DNA of 64,000 nucleotides from Eledone cirrhosa (Eukaryota): NCBI GenBank assembly GCA_964016885.1, contig OZ024740.1, positions 319,920,001 through 319,984,000 on the forward strand, given 5' to 3'. The notes beneath the pieces were generated by a model that saw only the letters and a program-made list of their open reading frames with translations, was not told the origin of the DNA and did not search any database. A program made the position numbers and the translations under genes. Shown here in pieces: positions 42,241-54,033 of this stretch (its first letter is position 1; each line of letters starts with the position of its first letter).

Positions 42241-43283
42241 ACGGAAGTGATAATAAAATTTATAATGGAGTTAAGTTGTATATTAATAAGAATATGGTAT
42301 AAAACAATATGGTTTACATACATATATATAGAAGAGTTCACATTTTTGTTTATCGTGTTCGCACTTTCTCTCCTTCTTGGTGGTGTTGATTATAACTAAG
42401 ATAGCTTTTAAGCATCAGGATGTATGTGAAAACATATACTATATGTTTATATATAATAAACGTATAGTATTCTTGCTATCAAAGAAAAAATGTTTTTTCG
42501 TAACGAAAAAATTATTTTTCTCTATTTTTCTCCGTGAATGCATCACATATTTGTCAGTAATGGTCGAGAATGTGAGACAGTGTTGTTTCAAGATTTGTTA
42601 ATCTTTCACTCATTTGACCAGTATTTACATGGATATAGAGTAGATTTTATATAGATTTTGTTTGATGAACATTTGCTGGAGATGTTCATTTTGCATAAAG
42701 CAAATTGCAAACATCGGTTGGAAATCCTAATTTATAGTGCAAACATGGCTGATCATAACTATACATATGGAGGGATGTGTTGATTAATGAGAGTTGCCTC
42801 CTTAATCCGCAACTTCCCGACATTTTGATTTGCTGATCTTATAGTGACTGAAATGGCTTTTTTCCAACATTTATCCGGTTTCTTTTCGAACTATAAATTT
42901 CGTGTGTAAAAATCTTCCGTGATGCAAATGCGTATATTGTTGTTTACAATATACGCATTGTATATTGGTGAGCTCTTATCAAGCAGAACTATGATCAGTC
43001 CATAAGCATCCCGTTTATTCTTATGTATCTGGTACCCAAGATACTATTTAAAGTCATCTTCTTAGAGGTAAAGGGAGTATTAGTCTGAATTTTGACTGTT
43101 ATATCTAGCACGCTGTTTGACCACGTACATGCATCTTCGTTGTAATGTGGTGCTGATATAGCATCCGTGTATTTATTGACATATATTTAATAGACGAAGT
43201 AGGCTCCCAATCATACACCTCTGAAATAGTAATGTCATTGTATTTGTCCTGTGCGCATTTATTTCGATATATATATATATATA

Positions 43284-43540
43284 TATTAATTCAAAATATT
43301 AACAAAATAGATATTCTTGTGATCAAGTATATTTTATTATACATATTTCAGAGGTACTTCAACAGTACATCCTCATCAGATAAAATAAGATGATGCATGA
43401 CATACCCTGACATAGTAGATGGTTAAGATTCAGTCATGTAGTGAGTAAGATATGACAAAGTCCAATATTTATATACCTTAATATTGAAAACATCAGAAAA
43501 ACACATAATACATACATAGAGAGGGAACGCGTGAGAAAGT
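43284..43540 (-). mobile_element. PLE 3' end with intact hammerhead (43332-43385)
   Basis: ttttat-CTGATGA-ggatgtact(gttga)agtacctct-GAAA-tatgta-TA-ataaaa; homologous to 55520-55775. Confidence 0.75.
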
Positions 43541-43619
43541 TTTAAAAATAGATGGTAGCAAAATAACTGTTAAATAATTTAAATTACTGAAGAAGGAGGA
43601 AAGAAAAGAACCTTGTTTA

Positions 43620-43734
<115 letters not shown>

Positions 43735-43785
43735 TGTGTTCTGTGTGGGGGGGGGGCGTGTGTGTGTGTATGTATATACATATAT

Positions 43786-43821
<36 letters not shown>

Positions 43822-43824
43822 GCG

Positions 43825-43874
<50 letters not shown>

Positions 43875-43876
<2 letters not shown>

Positions 43877-44067
43877 AAAAAGTATGACCCCGACGGCAGA
43901 GCTCAAGCCGTTTCGACGGCTATTTCTGGACTAACATAAATAGCCGTCGAAACGGCTTGAGCTCTGCCGTCAGGGTCCTACTGTTTCCCATTTCCCACTC
44001 TACTAGCCTAAGTATTGAGTACTCTGGTGCGTTTTGGTCCATCTGGTTCCTTACCACAATTCCTTTG

Positions 44068-44070
<3 letters not shown>
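43875..44070 (+). mobile_element. PLE 3' terminus folded back on hammerhead stem II, between (TA)n tracts
   Basis: Palindrome 43875-43988 with 12-nt loop; tail 43972-44070 matches 57472-57570, which is attached to PLE RT sequence. Confidence 0.75.
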
Positions 44071-44110
<40 letters not shown>

Positions 44111-44403
44111 TAAAAGGAAAAGAAAATGCTGACAAATTGTTCCCAGTGAAAAATAGTTTAATTAGGAATAAGTATAAATTAGTAATAAGTATTGGTTAGT
44201 ATTCAGTTTTAGTTTTAAGTTTTTACCGGTTGCGCATTTCTAATGCTTTTCAAAAATAATTTTGAGATAGACCGCCCGTGATGTTTGCTCTAATCAGATT
44301 AGAGCATTTTCTTTTCCTTTTACTTATATATCACAACTCTTGTGTTACACCTCTATTCTTATATATATATATATGTATATGAATATTTATATATATATAT
44401 ATA

Positions 44404-44461
<58 letters not shown>

Positions 44462-44777
44462 CATATACATACATATATATATTTAATCCCACTAAGAGAC
44501 ACTTCTAGACAAACTAAAAATTATAGTACAGAGATACACCCTAGCCACTTACACATAAGCGCTTTTGAATTGGCAGTTTGAGGAATAAGTAACAATAGTA
44601 ATTTGAACTTTCCCACTTTAAGAGCATCGTGATAACAGCCTGATGCTTCGTTTTTAATTTATATTGATGCAGGTTATCAGTTGACATGAAAGTGCTTCAG
44701 CATGGCCTCAGCTGTGATGATTTAAACAAACGAAATATGATCTGAATAAACATTCATGAGGGATACAGTTCTGGTAG

Positions 44778-45030
44778 TCGGCGAATTAGAATGCGGGGTG
44801 GAATGATTTGTGGTGTTCTCTTCGGCTCTCTGTGTTCTGAGTTCAAATCCTGCCGAGGTCAACTTTGTCTTTCATCTTTTCGAGGTCGATAAAAAAATAT
44901 ACCAGTTCAATACTGGGCTCGATTCTCTCTCTCTCGGAGAAATCTACTATGACAAAACCTCTAGAGGGAAGGGCTCCGCCAGGTTTAAAATGTTCTCCGA
45001 ATCCATCAAGGGTTCCAGGTCCGTGCATAC
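44778..45030 (+). mobile_element. SINE A2
   Basis: B-box gagttcaaatcc, (CT)n, ctccgccaggtttaaaatg tail. Confidence 0.7.
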
Positions 45031-45197
45031 AGTTCTGGAAAAGAGGAGATTGATTGGTAAAAGATTCATGTTTTGAAAGATAGTATAGATTTCTCGAAAG
45101 ACCGAGAACTAAACTAAAGATGTGTTATAGGATTTAACAAAAAGGAATTGCGCTGATATAAATTTTGAATAACTAAACACTCTAGTTGTTAAAATGT

Positions 45198-45410
45198 TGC
45201 TGTTGTTGTTTAACCCTCAGATTAGCTCTGATCGAACAGGCCTACAGTCAAAGGTATTACTATCGATACTATCCAATTTGTTTTGTATACCCATGAAAAT
45301 ATTATCCAACGGTCCCTTCAATTTTTAGAGCTATAAAGTGTGATTCAATGGATATTTAGTTGCTATTTTTAGCAGGTTGAGTAACTGCGTAGAGGTTTTT
45401 CCCATTTGTG
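45198..45410 (-). mobile_element. Dispersed repeat family S (related copies near 43050, 48135, 52177, 60625, 62731)
   Basis: gttgtttaaccc..gatc..ctatttttagcaggttgag motifs shared. Confidence 0.6.
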
Positions 45411-45775
45411 AATGACAGAGGCGTTTGACACTTCTTATTCACTACAACTCTCACGTATCCCTCTAAAAAGATGTTTTCCATCAGTCTAAACAGCAGTAGA
45501 AAAAAAAAGGTCTGAGAAGAATTAACAGATGTTATTGCTTGGAATGTAGTGAAAGAGAATACGAGTCTTCGGTTATAAAACAGTATTTATAAGAAAAATA
45601 TACTTCGGAATATTAGCAAGATCCCTAGCAGTAGAACAATGACATCAGTAAATGATATGAGATTTACTCGGAAGACTGGTATCTGAATACAACAGCATTG
45701 CAAAAGCCTTCAAACATCTTTGGTAAATTACAAGTAAACTAAGGGAATAGAAAAAAGGTTAAATTGGCATAGTAT

Positions 45776-45994
45776 CAGACCTGCCAACCTCCAAAAGTCC
45801 AAACGGGGAGTACTATGAAAAAAGTACCCCAAAACGGGGAGTACTATGAAAAAAGTACCCCAAAACGGGGAGAAATGAGGCAAAATGGGGAGATTTTACA
45901 TAATGAAAGCTATACCCATTTTCACCAGAGAAGACATCTCTCAGCCACCGCAAAGTCAGTGGGATCTCCTCATCGGACGGAGTTGACAGGTTTG
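45776..45994. mobile_element. MITE (same family as 31070-31252)
   Basis: cagacctgccaac / gttgacaggtttg; internal repeat aaacggggagtactatgaaaaaagtacccc. Confidence 0.75.
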
Positions 45995-46269
45995 TAATAT
46001 GAATGGATTTCTGCGAACCAGAAACCAGCAAGGAAGCTTTTGTGTCGTCGATTGACCCACGAGAAATATCAACCAAATTACGCTTTAATCGTTCACTGTC
46101 TTATATAAAGAAAACACATTCAAGATAAAATGGCATGATGATGATGGCTGGGATGTCTGGAGATAGAGAGACAAAACTAAATCAAAAGAAAAACAGCTTA
46201 CGTATTTTTAAACATTTGGTCAGTCGGTCGGTCTACAGTTTCAACAGACTTCTAGTGTGCTTGGCCCTA

Positions 46270-46490
46270 GGAACACTTCCCTACTCACCACCATCGGCAC
46301 GGAGTTGGCTACCCACAGGTGTGAACCTCGTGAGCTGAAATGGTTCTTTCAACGCGTCTCCCTCACCATCCTCCGGGGAAACGCCTTCTTTATTCTGTCC
46401 GCTGGGTCCGCGGGGCAGCCAGCACGTGGGGCATCTTTTGCTTGTAATAGTGAGAGATAGGGAAAGCGAGAGAGACGGAGGCATTGCTGA
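46270..46490 (+). mobile_element. CRE-type non-LTR retrotransposon 3' fragment
   Basis: WFFQRVSLTILRGNAFFIL resembles the CRE-clade C-terminal QRxSxxxQRGNA motif. Confidence 0.6.
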
Positions 46491-46749
46491 AGTATTTTGT
46501 AGAGTTAAAAGTGTTTCTACAGTTGCACATGTTATTATATTGTAACTACATCTAATTATATCGTAGTGATATGACAGCAGGGGATCTTTTACATAGGTGC
46601 AGGACCTGTTAGTTGCAATGTTTTCACAAATGGAGTCTAACAAGATACAATATTTAAACTTTTGGAGCTATATGCAATACAATGGCAATATAGAGAATGG
46701 CGTTCGAAGAATGTGTTGTCGTTGGTTTGTTATCTTGTATCGTCTAAAG

Positions 46750-47015
46750 TGTATATCTAGCCCGGATGCTCATCAGGCCGGTGAATATCTCTGTTTCTGT
46801 GGCGTGAAGCGACTGAGAGTACAAGACTTCCCCCTGCTGAGTATACTGGAGAAACGTGAAATGAAGTGCTTTGCTATAAAAAAAAAAATAAAAAAAATTA
46901 AAAAATAAAAAAAAAAATAAAAAAAAAGAAGCACTACCCAGACAAGGAATCGAACCCACGACACTATGATCTTACGTCCAGCATCTTTACCACAAAGCCA
47001 AGTGCGCCTCCACAT
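46750..47015 (-). mobile_element. tRNA-derived SINE, second family
   Basis: A-box tggctttgtgg, B-box ggttcgattcc, then body cacttcatttcacgtt; related fragment at 59300-59440. Confidence 0.75.
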
Positions 47016-47900
47016 TTTGTGTCGTAGGCATGCTCAAGTAGAGGTCACTGCGATTACCCGACAACAAAATCGATAGTCGCCACCACCACCACTACAAAGT
47101 ATTTTTCACTAAATGTCTCTCCCTGTATGTTAATCTTTGTCTTTTCTCAGTATACACCAGCAAAGACTTTTAAATGTTGAAGTATAAACGTTGACCAGAG
47201 ATGAAGCAAGGTTCTTGCCAGATCACAAATTGTAATGACTAACCCAGTTCGTCTAAATGATAAACGTTTCACACCCCTTGTATCGTTATGGTTCTTGACA
47301 GAATATGAAGGTCACATAAAGAGTCCTTTCCTTTTGTCTCTGAACTTTTCTGATTATGTAAAAAATAAAATCAATATTTGTTTGGACTAGACACACAAGA
47401 TCGTTTAAAATAATAATCGATGTAATATACCTCAGTATCTTATTGATCTTCATTTCATTAGTAAGCAGCCGCAAAGTCGCTGTGTGTGTGTGTTAGTCAA
47501 CGACTGGAGTGTGTAGGTGTGGTGTGTGATGGGAAGTCCAGTAGTGGTAATTTGTCTGTGTGTGTGTGTATGTGTGTGAGTATGTGTGTGTGCGTCTATA
47601 TCTGCTAGTAAGGATGGATTCGATGGAATTTAACCCTTTTGTTGATGTCAAGGGGAGGAGGGAATGTGCAGAATTTAACGATGAGGTATTTTCACAAAGT
47701 TGCCTAATAAAAGAGTTCATGGTATTGTTGGAGTAATCTGAAAACAATGAAATGATGATGATGGTGATGGAGGTGGTGGGATTGCTTTGTGCAGATTGAA
47801 TTGTTGGCCACATATTTAGGCAGACGAGGGTGTTGTGGGGAACTGAAAATTGAACTGAACTATCTGTCAAGTGTTCATCCCGAAAAATACAGTGGTTTAA

Positions 47901-48120
47901 TCTTTAGTATTTACATTATTCTAAATTTAATATTATATTTTCACAGTAAAGGCTTTACTTCATATAATTTTCTCACATAATATCGAATCTATGAGATTTT
48001 GATAATATTTATTTTGAAAACAATACCTTAACATCTGTATGAGTGGTCAGTTACAGCCGGTTTGAAGAAAAAGAGGTGAGAGAATTCTAGCCGGATATGG
48101 CTGGTTTAAATGCTAATGGT
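47901..48120. mobile_element. Degenerate piggyBac-like MITE
   Basis: TTAA flanks; TIR tctttagtattta / taaatgctaatggt. Confidence 0.45.
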
Positions 48121-48634
48121 TTAAAGATCTTTGATATTTAGCCCTGGCTCAGTAAAATCTATGAAGAAATGTTCTACTCTGATTCACCAGACCTATGGTC
48201 AAGGACGTTCCAGCCATGACCATGCTTGTTATTTATTATTAGGTATAGTGTAAATAAAACTACATTATCCAGTATTTGTTTAATTAGTGTGTTAATTATT
48301 TGTTATTGGAACGTTAATTTGGTTTCAGATTTGTTAGTTAATTTCAGATTCATTAAGAACAAAAGAAAAATCTTTCGTTAACATAAATTACGAATTAGAT
48401 TTTCACTTTGTGTTAATTAATAAAGAATTTTAACATCATAAATTATAAAACATACAAAAGTGTAATGTGTGTCGAATAGAAATTATAAAAGTTAAAAGTT
48501 TTTGCAGTCTCGATTATATAACTGATATAATTACATAATTATTTTCTGTTTGACAGTGTTAGTTATTAAATGTGAGTTTTCGTGGGGAAAAGGGTGTCAT
48601 ATTGAGTATGTTCTGTGAGAGTGCTTATGTAATT

Positions 48635-48747
<113 letters not shown>

Positions 48748-48859
48748 ACGTGTCTCTTGTAGTGTGTTCTGTATGTGTTTTTGTGCGTTCGCTGTTATCT
48801 GTATGTTTCTATGTGAGGTCTGGTGTATGTGTCTATCTGTTTTTCGCATGTGTCAACTG

Positions 48860-49070
48860 TAGAAATGAGTTGCGACGTCACTTGTGTTAAGCTGTATCGG
48901 TCATTGTCTTTCCCTTGAACAACATCGGTGACGTAGAGAAAGGAGACTGGTATCATGGACGACTCCTGGTTTTCCACAAACAACCTTGCCTAGATTTTGC
49001 CTCGAAGAGGAACTTTCTAGATTCAAATCCCATGGTCGTACATGACCCAAGGGGTTCTTTACCCGTTACC
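48860..49070 (+). mobile_element. SINE body/3' fragment
   Basis: Recognised from memory as a cephalopod SINE body; only one copy in this window. Confidence 0.45.
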
Positions 49071-49174
49071 CAATATAAACGTGCGTTCCTTTATATTGTC
49101 TCTTCCCGTAACGACTTCAAATTATATTCTCTGTTCATATATGAACTTTTGGTTGTGAGGGTCCCTATTCAAGA

Positions 49175-49350
49175 AAAAGTCGATTAAATTTACCCCAGTG
49201 TATCACTGGTGCTTTATTTTACCGACCATGAAAGGATGAAAGGCAAAACTAACCTCGGTGAAATTTGAACTCAGAAGGTCAAGGGCCGTAACTCTATGCT
49301 GTAAAGCATGTTGTCCAACGCTCTAACGATACTGCCAATCCACCGGCCTT
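49175..49350 (-). mobile_element. SINE A
   Basis: Family consensus match. Confidence 0.85.
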
Positions 49351-49793
49351 TATCTTACTATAAATGTTGTGTATAATCCTAAACGGACGTTAGTCCGTTT
49401 AGTAATATTGTTGTGGTCGTGTTTTCGTTGGCAATCGTCTGTTTACGACAGTACAGCGCGGCTCTACTTTATTTAACTGAGATAAAACTTATATGAGCAT
49501 GAACAGTAGATCATTGCGCATCTTTTGGCTTAAAAATCTAGAAATTTGGTCCAGCGGGAAAAAGTTTATAATCAAAGTTTGCTGATAAATCTTGTGTTCA
49601 AGTGAGTGAGTAGTAAGCGTGACGCTAGGGGAGGTAATCCAGAAATGACGTAGCTTTGTCATTAAGCCAGTTGCCTCAACTAGATTGCAATTATACTCAA
49701 AAGAACTTTAAAATGTCAATCACTTGTCAGTAATTCACTATGATCATTTAATTATTAGATAGTTGTTGCTTGCATTGCCTTAAAAAATAGTAG

Positions 49794-50816
49794 ACCAGAT
49801 AGAAAAATGCGTACAGCAAAAAAAAGTAATATTGTTGGAATATAAACCTTTAAAAATACAGGACAAGAAACTAAAATAAAACTTTAAAAGAATAGGACAA
49901 GAAACTAAGATAAAACTTTAAAGAATTGGACAAGAAATAAAAAATTTTACAATAATATTAGTGGCAACATTTTTTTATTCGTTTCCTGTGCTATGCCCCA
50001 GTATCTTCTTGATTAGTGCATAATAATTGTCATGCTCTCATTGTGCGTTGCCCCTGAGCGGTTGGTTCTGGTTGGGGTTGGCTGGCTGAGCAGTTCTGCT
50101 CCGTCAGAATGACCATTGCAAGAAGAATTGGCCGATGCAGCTGCAGGTCTCCTCCAAGAATGCACTTCTGGTCCCGCAACACCAGACGAAGATGGAGAAG
50201 ACGACCGGGACAAGATGTCGACTCTGACCACCGACTACGGCACCTCCCTCAACCACCGGTCCTCCCTCCCTCTGTCCCGTCATCCCTCCAGTCCTCCTGC
50301 TCCCCCTTCCTGTACCAGAAAGCTGTGGCACGCATTCATCTGGACTGCCGGACTTGAACTCAAGGACAAGATGCAAGGAGAAGATGGACGGGTTGGTCAA
50401 GATCAAGGATGAACGGGACAAGACCGTCCGCTGCTGCTCAAGATCTGTGCTCATGGGCCCATGGGTCCATTCACATTATGCATGACACATGAGGCGTGTC
50501 GCCGAATGATGAAATAGGGGTATGGTTATGGCCCAATTGGTGTTCAAACCAGGATCAAATGATCCCCCGGTCTGACGACGACCTCTGAATGTGGAACCCA
50601 GAGCCTATGAATGTGGAACTCGATTTTTTACCAATAAAAATGTTGCCACTAATATTATTGTAAAATTTTTTATTTCTTGTCCAATTCTTTAAAGTTTTAT
50701 CTTAGTTTCTTGTCCTATTCTTTTAAAGTTTTATTTTAGTTTCTTGTCCTGTATTTTTAAAGGTTTATATTCCAACAATATTACTTTTTTTTGCTGTACG
50801 CATTTTTCTATCTGGT
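49794..50816. mobile_element. Long-TIR (fold-back type) DNA element with GC-rich interior
   Basis: ~185-bp essentially identical TIRs (49794-49979, 50633-50816) containing three ggacaagaaa subterminal repeats; no clear TSD. Confidence 0.85.
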
Positions 50817-51002
50817 AAGATTATGTGTTTAATATAGTTTTGTTATTAAGAAAGCGTTTATTTAACGAGTTATATACGCAGACTGTATCAGAAAATTAAT
50901 GTAGATATCATTTTAGGCCACTTATTAAGTGTGAATACATGACATACCCTTACTTCTACATTTTATGATTTATACAATGACAACACAATTGATATAATTC
51001 TT

Positions 51003-51180
51003 TCTAATATTGGCCAAGGGCCGGCAATTTAAGAGAAGTGGGGGTGGATTATATTAGCCCCAGTACGTGACTGGTACTTTATTTTATAGACTATGGAAGG
51101 ATGAAAAGTAAAGTTGACTTCGGCGGTATTTGAACTCAGAACGTAGAAATGTATAACTAAATATCGCAAAGTATTTTATC
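51003..51180 (-). mobile_element. SINE A
   Basis: Family consensus match. Confidence 0.8.
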
Positions 51181-51660
51181 CAAAACAAAACAAGCAAACA
51201 AACATTAAATGAATCATTTATTGAAGTTTTCTTCTGACATTATTTTGTTGGGGAGAGGTATGATTTTGGGGGGGTTTTTTTCCTGGATTCCAAATACCAT
51301 CATCAGCATGCCCTATAACTACAACCATTACTAATACTAACACTCCCACACTGTTACCATTACTATGAATAATAGCAACACCAACACCACCTCTATTAGT
51401 GTTCTGACTTTAAATGCCAACAAAGTCTATTTTACCTTCCAACCTTCCAGGGTCAACAATACTTCACCTTTCCCTTACAAATTTGTAGCCTTGCATCACT
51501 GAGAGGAATTATCTTTAATGCAATTGATGCGTTGTCGAATACTTGACTTTCTGATTAGCTGGTGTCACATTTTGATACTTGATCGTTGTTTCCGCCGACG
51601 TTTCTTTAAACTCTATTTTCATTATATTGTTTAAAATTCAGGCCTCAGTAAGGTAAATTC

Positions 51661-51980
51661 AAGGCGATGAATTATCAGAGTCGTTAGAACGTTGGATACA
51701 ATGCCTTTTGATATTCTTTCCAACTCTCTGCTCTCTGAGTTCAAATCTCGTCGAGGTCGACAGAAAAAGGAGCAGTCTAATACTGGCGTCGATTCTTCCT
51801 CTATATCTCTTTCTCATTTCCTTTCTCTCTCTCACTTTCTATCTTTCTCTGGAAGAAATCTGCTGTACTCAGGCCTGGAGTGGAATAGACTCCGCCAGGC
51901 TTAAAATGCCCAAGAAACGCCGTATATATGACATACCCTACGACTCTATCAGGAGTTGCAGCACCATACATACATACATT
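51661..51980 (+). mobile_element. SINE A2
   Basis: Head as family A, CT-rich middle, ctccgccaggcttaaaatg tail, (CATA)n end. Confidence 0.75.
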
Positions 51981-52941
51981 CAAGGTAAATTCAGGATATT
52001 TTTTTCCTATAGTTCAATTGATTTATATTGACTAGACAGTGTCAAAATTCCTACATATTATTGGTTAATATTTGATAGAATTGCGATGAAAGGAAATATA
52101 AAATGGATACACTAAGTGATGTTGCTGATGTGGTTGCTGTTGTTGTTACTGATTGTTGCTGTTGTTGATGTTCATGCTGTTGTTAAGCTCCGAATCAGAT
52201 TTTATTGAGCAGATCTATGATTAAATGTATTTTAATCATGACCATCATGTCTTTTTTATGTATTCCTTATTTATTTTCCGGAGTAGATTGCACAATGCAG
52301 CTTTATACTGGCGTTGGGGTGCACCTTGACGGAGATAGATCCAGTGGCAAGGGTTACCTAGGGCGATGGGTAACTCTTCCCAGCTGCAGGGGTGTTTTGG
52401 AAATCAACAATGTCAGAAGCCAACTTAAAATTGACCCCGTTAGATGGTTATTCTTTCAAGATCTACACCTCTAGCCCTCTTCTTTCTGAAGTCACCCACA
52501 AGTGAGAGGGGCATATTCGCCAAGTATTGGCTGCAACGGTCAAGCTACTCCTCAGAGATCAACGACGTAGTTTGACTGAAGTCGCAAAGAACCAGTTACC
52601 GTGTGTGGTTGCGGGGAAGCTTGGCTGAAGCTTTTTGAGAGAGAGTGTGTGTACTGGTAGAGAAGACTCTCACACTAGGCAGTTTTCACTTGCCCACATG
52701 GACTAAACCAGTGGCAGCAAACTGAAAGCAAGAGGATTGCAAACAGTACTACACAAAACAGAATACAACACACTAAATTTCTTTATCTTGATTTTCCAAC
52801 AATGATTGTACGTACACACATACACACACATAACCAGATATGTATATATATATATGTATATATACATATAGAGCTGTACGTGTGTGTGCGTGTGTGAGTT
52901 TTATTTATACGTCCCTACGAAGCTAAGAGTATGTGTTTCTT

Positions 52942-53008
<67 letters not shown>

Positions 53009-53257
53009 AGAGCTGTAGAGGTAAATATAGAGGTGTTTGTGCATTTTTTGATGGTCTGTATAAGCTGTAAGAGTTTATGTTTCTGACCATAGCGGAGCCA
53101 TATGATCCAAGGGTCTAATACACAAATCGCCGGCATCAACAGTTTTTCAAGACATGTTAACATGAATGGACCTGTTATTTTTCTCTAAAAAATTTGTTTA
53201 CGGCCCTGCCCATTTCCTCAATCTTTCTATTTCCTCTTTAATTCCTCATTCAATTTT

Positions 53258-53289
53258 CTGATGAAGTACTAGCGTCTGAAACGTTAAGG
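53258..53289 (+). ncRNA. Minimal hammerhead motif in a PLE 3' fragment
   Basis: CTGATGA-agtac(tagc)gtct-GAAAC-GTTA; palindromic aacgtt stem III. Confidence 0.6.
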
Positions 53290-54033
53290 TACTTTTCCTA
53301 CTATATGAAGCGCAAAACTAATAATACATTGTACTGTGTCGTTTGCTTTGTTATTTCTGTTTGCCTTTTGCATATCTTATTCTCCATATAATTTATCATG
53401 TTCGCTGTGATCAGTCTTCTCTCCCCTTCTATCTACCAATTTCGTTACCATCTATTCTCACCCCTCTTTCTTCTTCTCCCTTTCTCCCTCTCACTTTCCC
53501 TCATTCTCTCTACCAGTCTCCTCTCTCCTTCTACCTACCTATTTCGTTACTATCTACTCTTACCCCACTTTCTTCCTCTCTCCTTCTCCCTCTCACTTTC
53601 ACTCATCCTCACTCTGTCTGCCACCTCATTGTTTCCCTCGCCTGACCCTCTAGTGGTTCTTTTCTCACTTACAACTCGCCGGGGTCAGACGTGTGTCTTT
53701 TCTCTCGCCCACACGCTCTTGAACTTAAGTTCTCTCATCGCTGTGGTCTTGGATTTTCTTACCTTAAGTTGCTCGCACATTGTTCGGTTTGTTGTTTTTT
53801 TTTCGCTGTTTTCTTTCGTTGTTTTCTCTTTTCTTCCCTTCTCCCTTCTGTTTTCCTTCCCTCCCTCCTCCGTTTTCCCAATAACTTACCCAGTTATTGA
53901 CACTCTGGGCGGTAAATATCCGAGAACCCCAGTAGACAACTGATGCGGAAAACTCCCCGCCGTTATTTATTTCTTCTTATTCTCACTCCAGTTTAAGGTA
54001 CTTTATATATATATGCAATATATATATAACTAT

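Noticed and set aside
46930-47012. tRNA gene on the - strand
   Set aside because: A/B boxes are present but the cloverleaf is imperfect and continues into a SINE body
50116-50412. 98-aa ORF as a host gene
   Set aside because: Lies inside a TIR element, is short and has no confident homology
52300-52740. GC-richer block resembling a LINE 5'UTR on the - strand
   Set aside because: Single copy with no coding motif, so it could not be assigned
53890-53960. Further hammerhead-like traces (also near 17825, 44260-44305 and 58600)
   Set aside because: Core nucleotides are too degenerate to distinguish from chance
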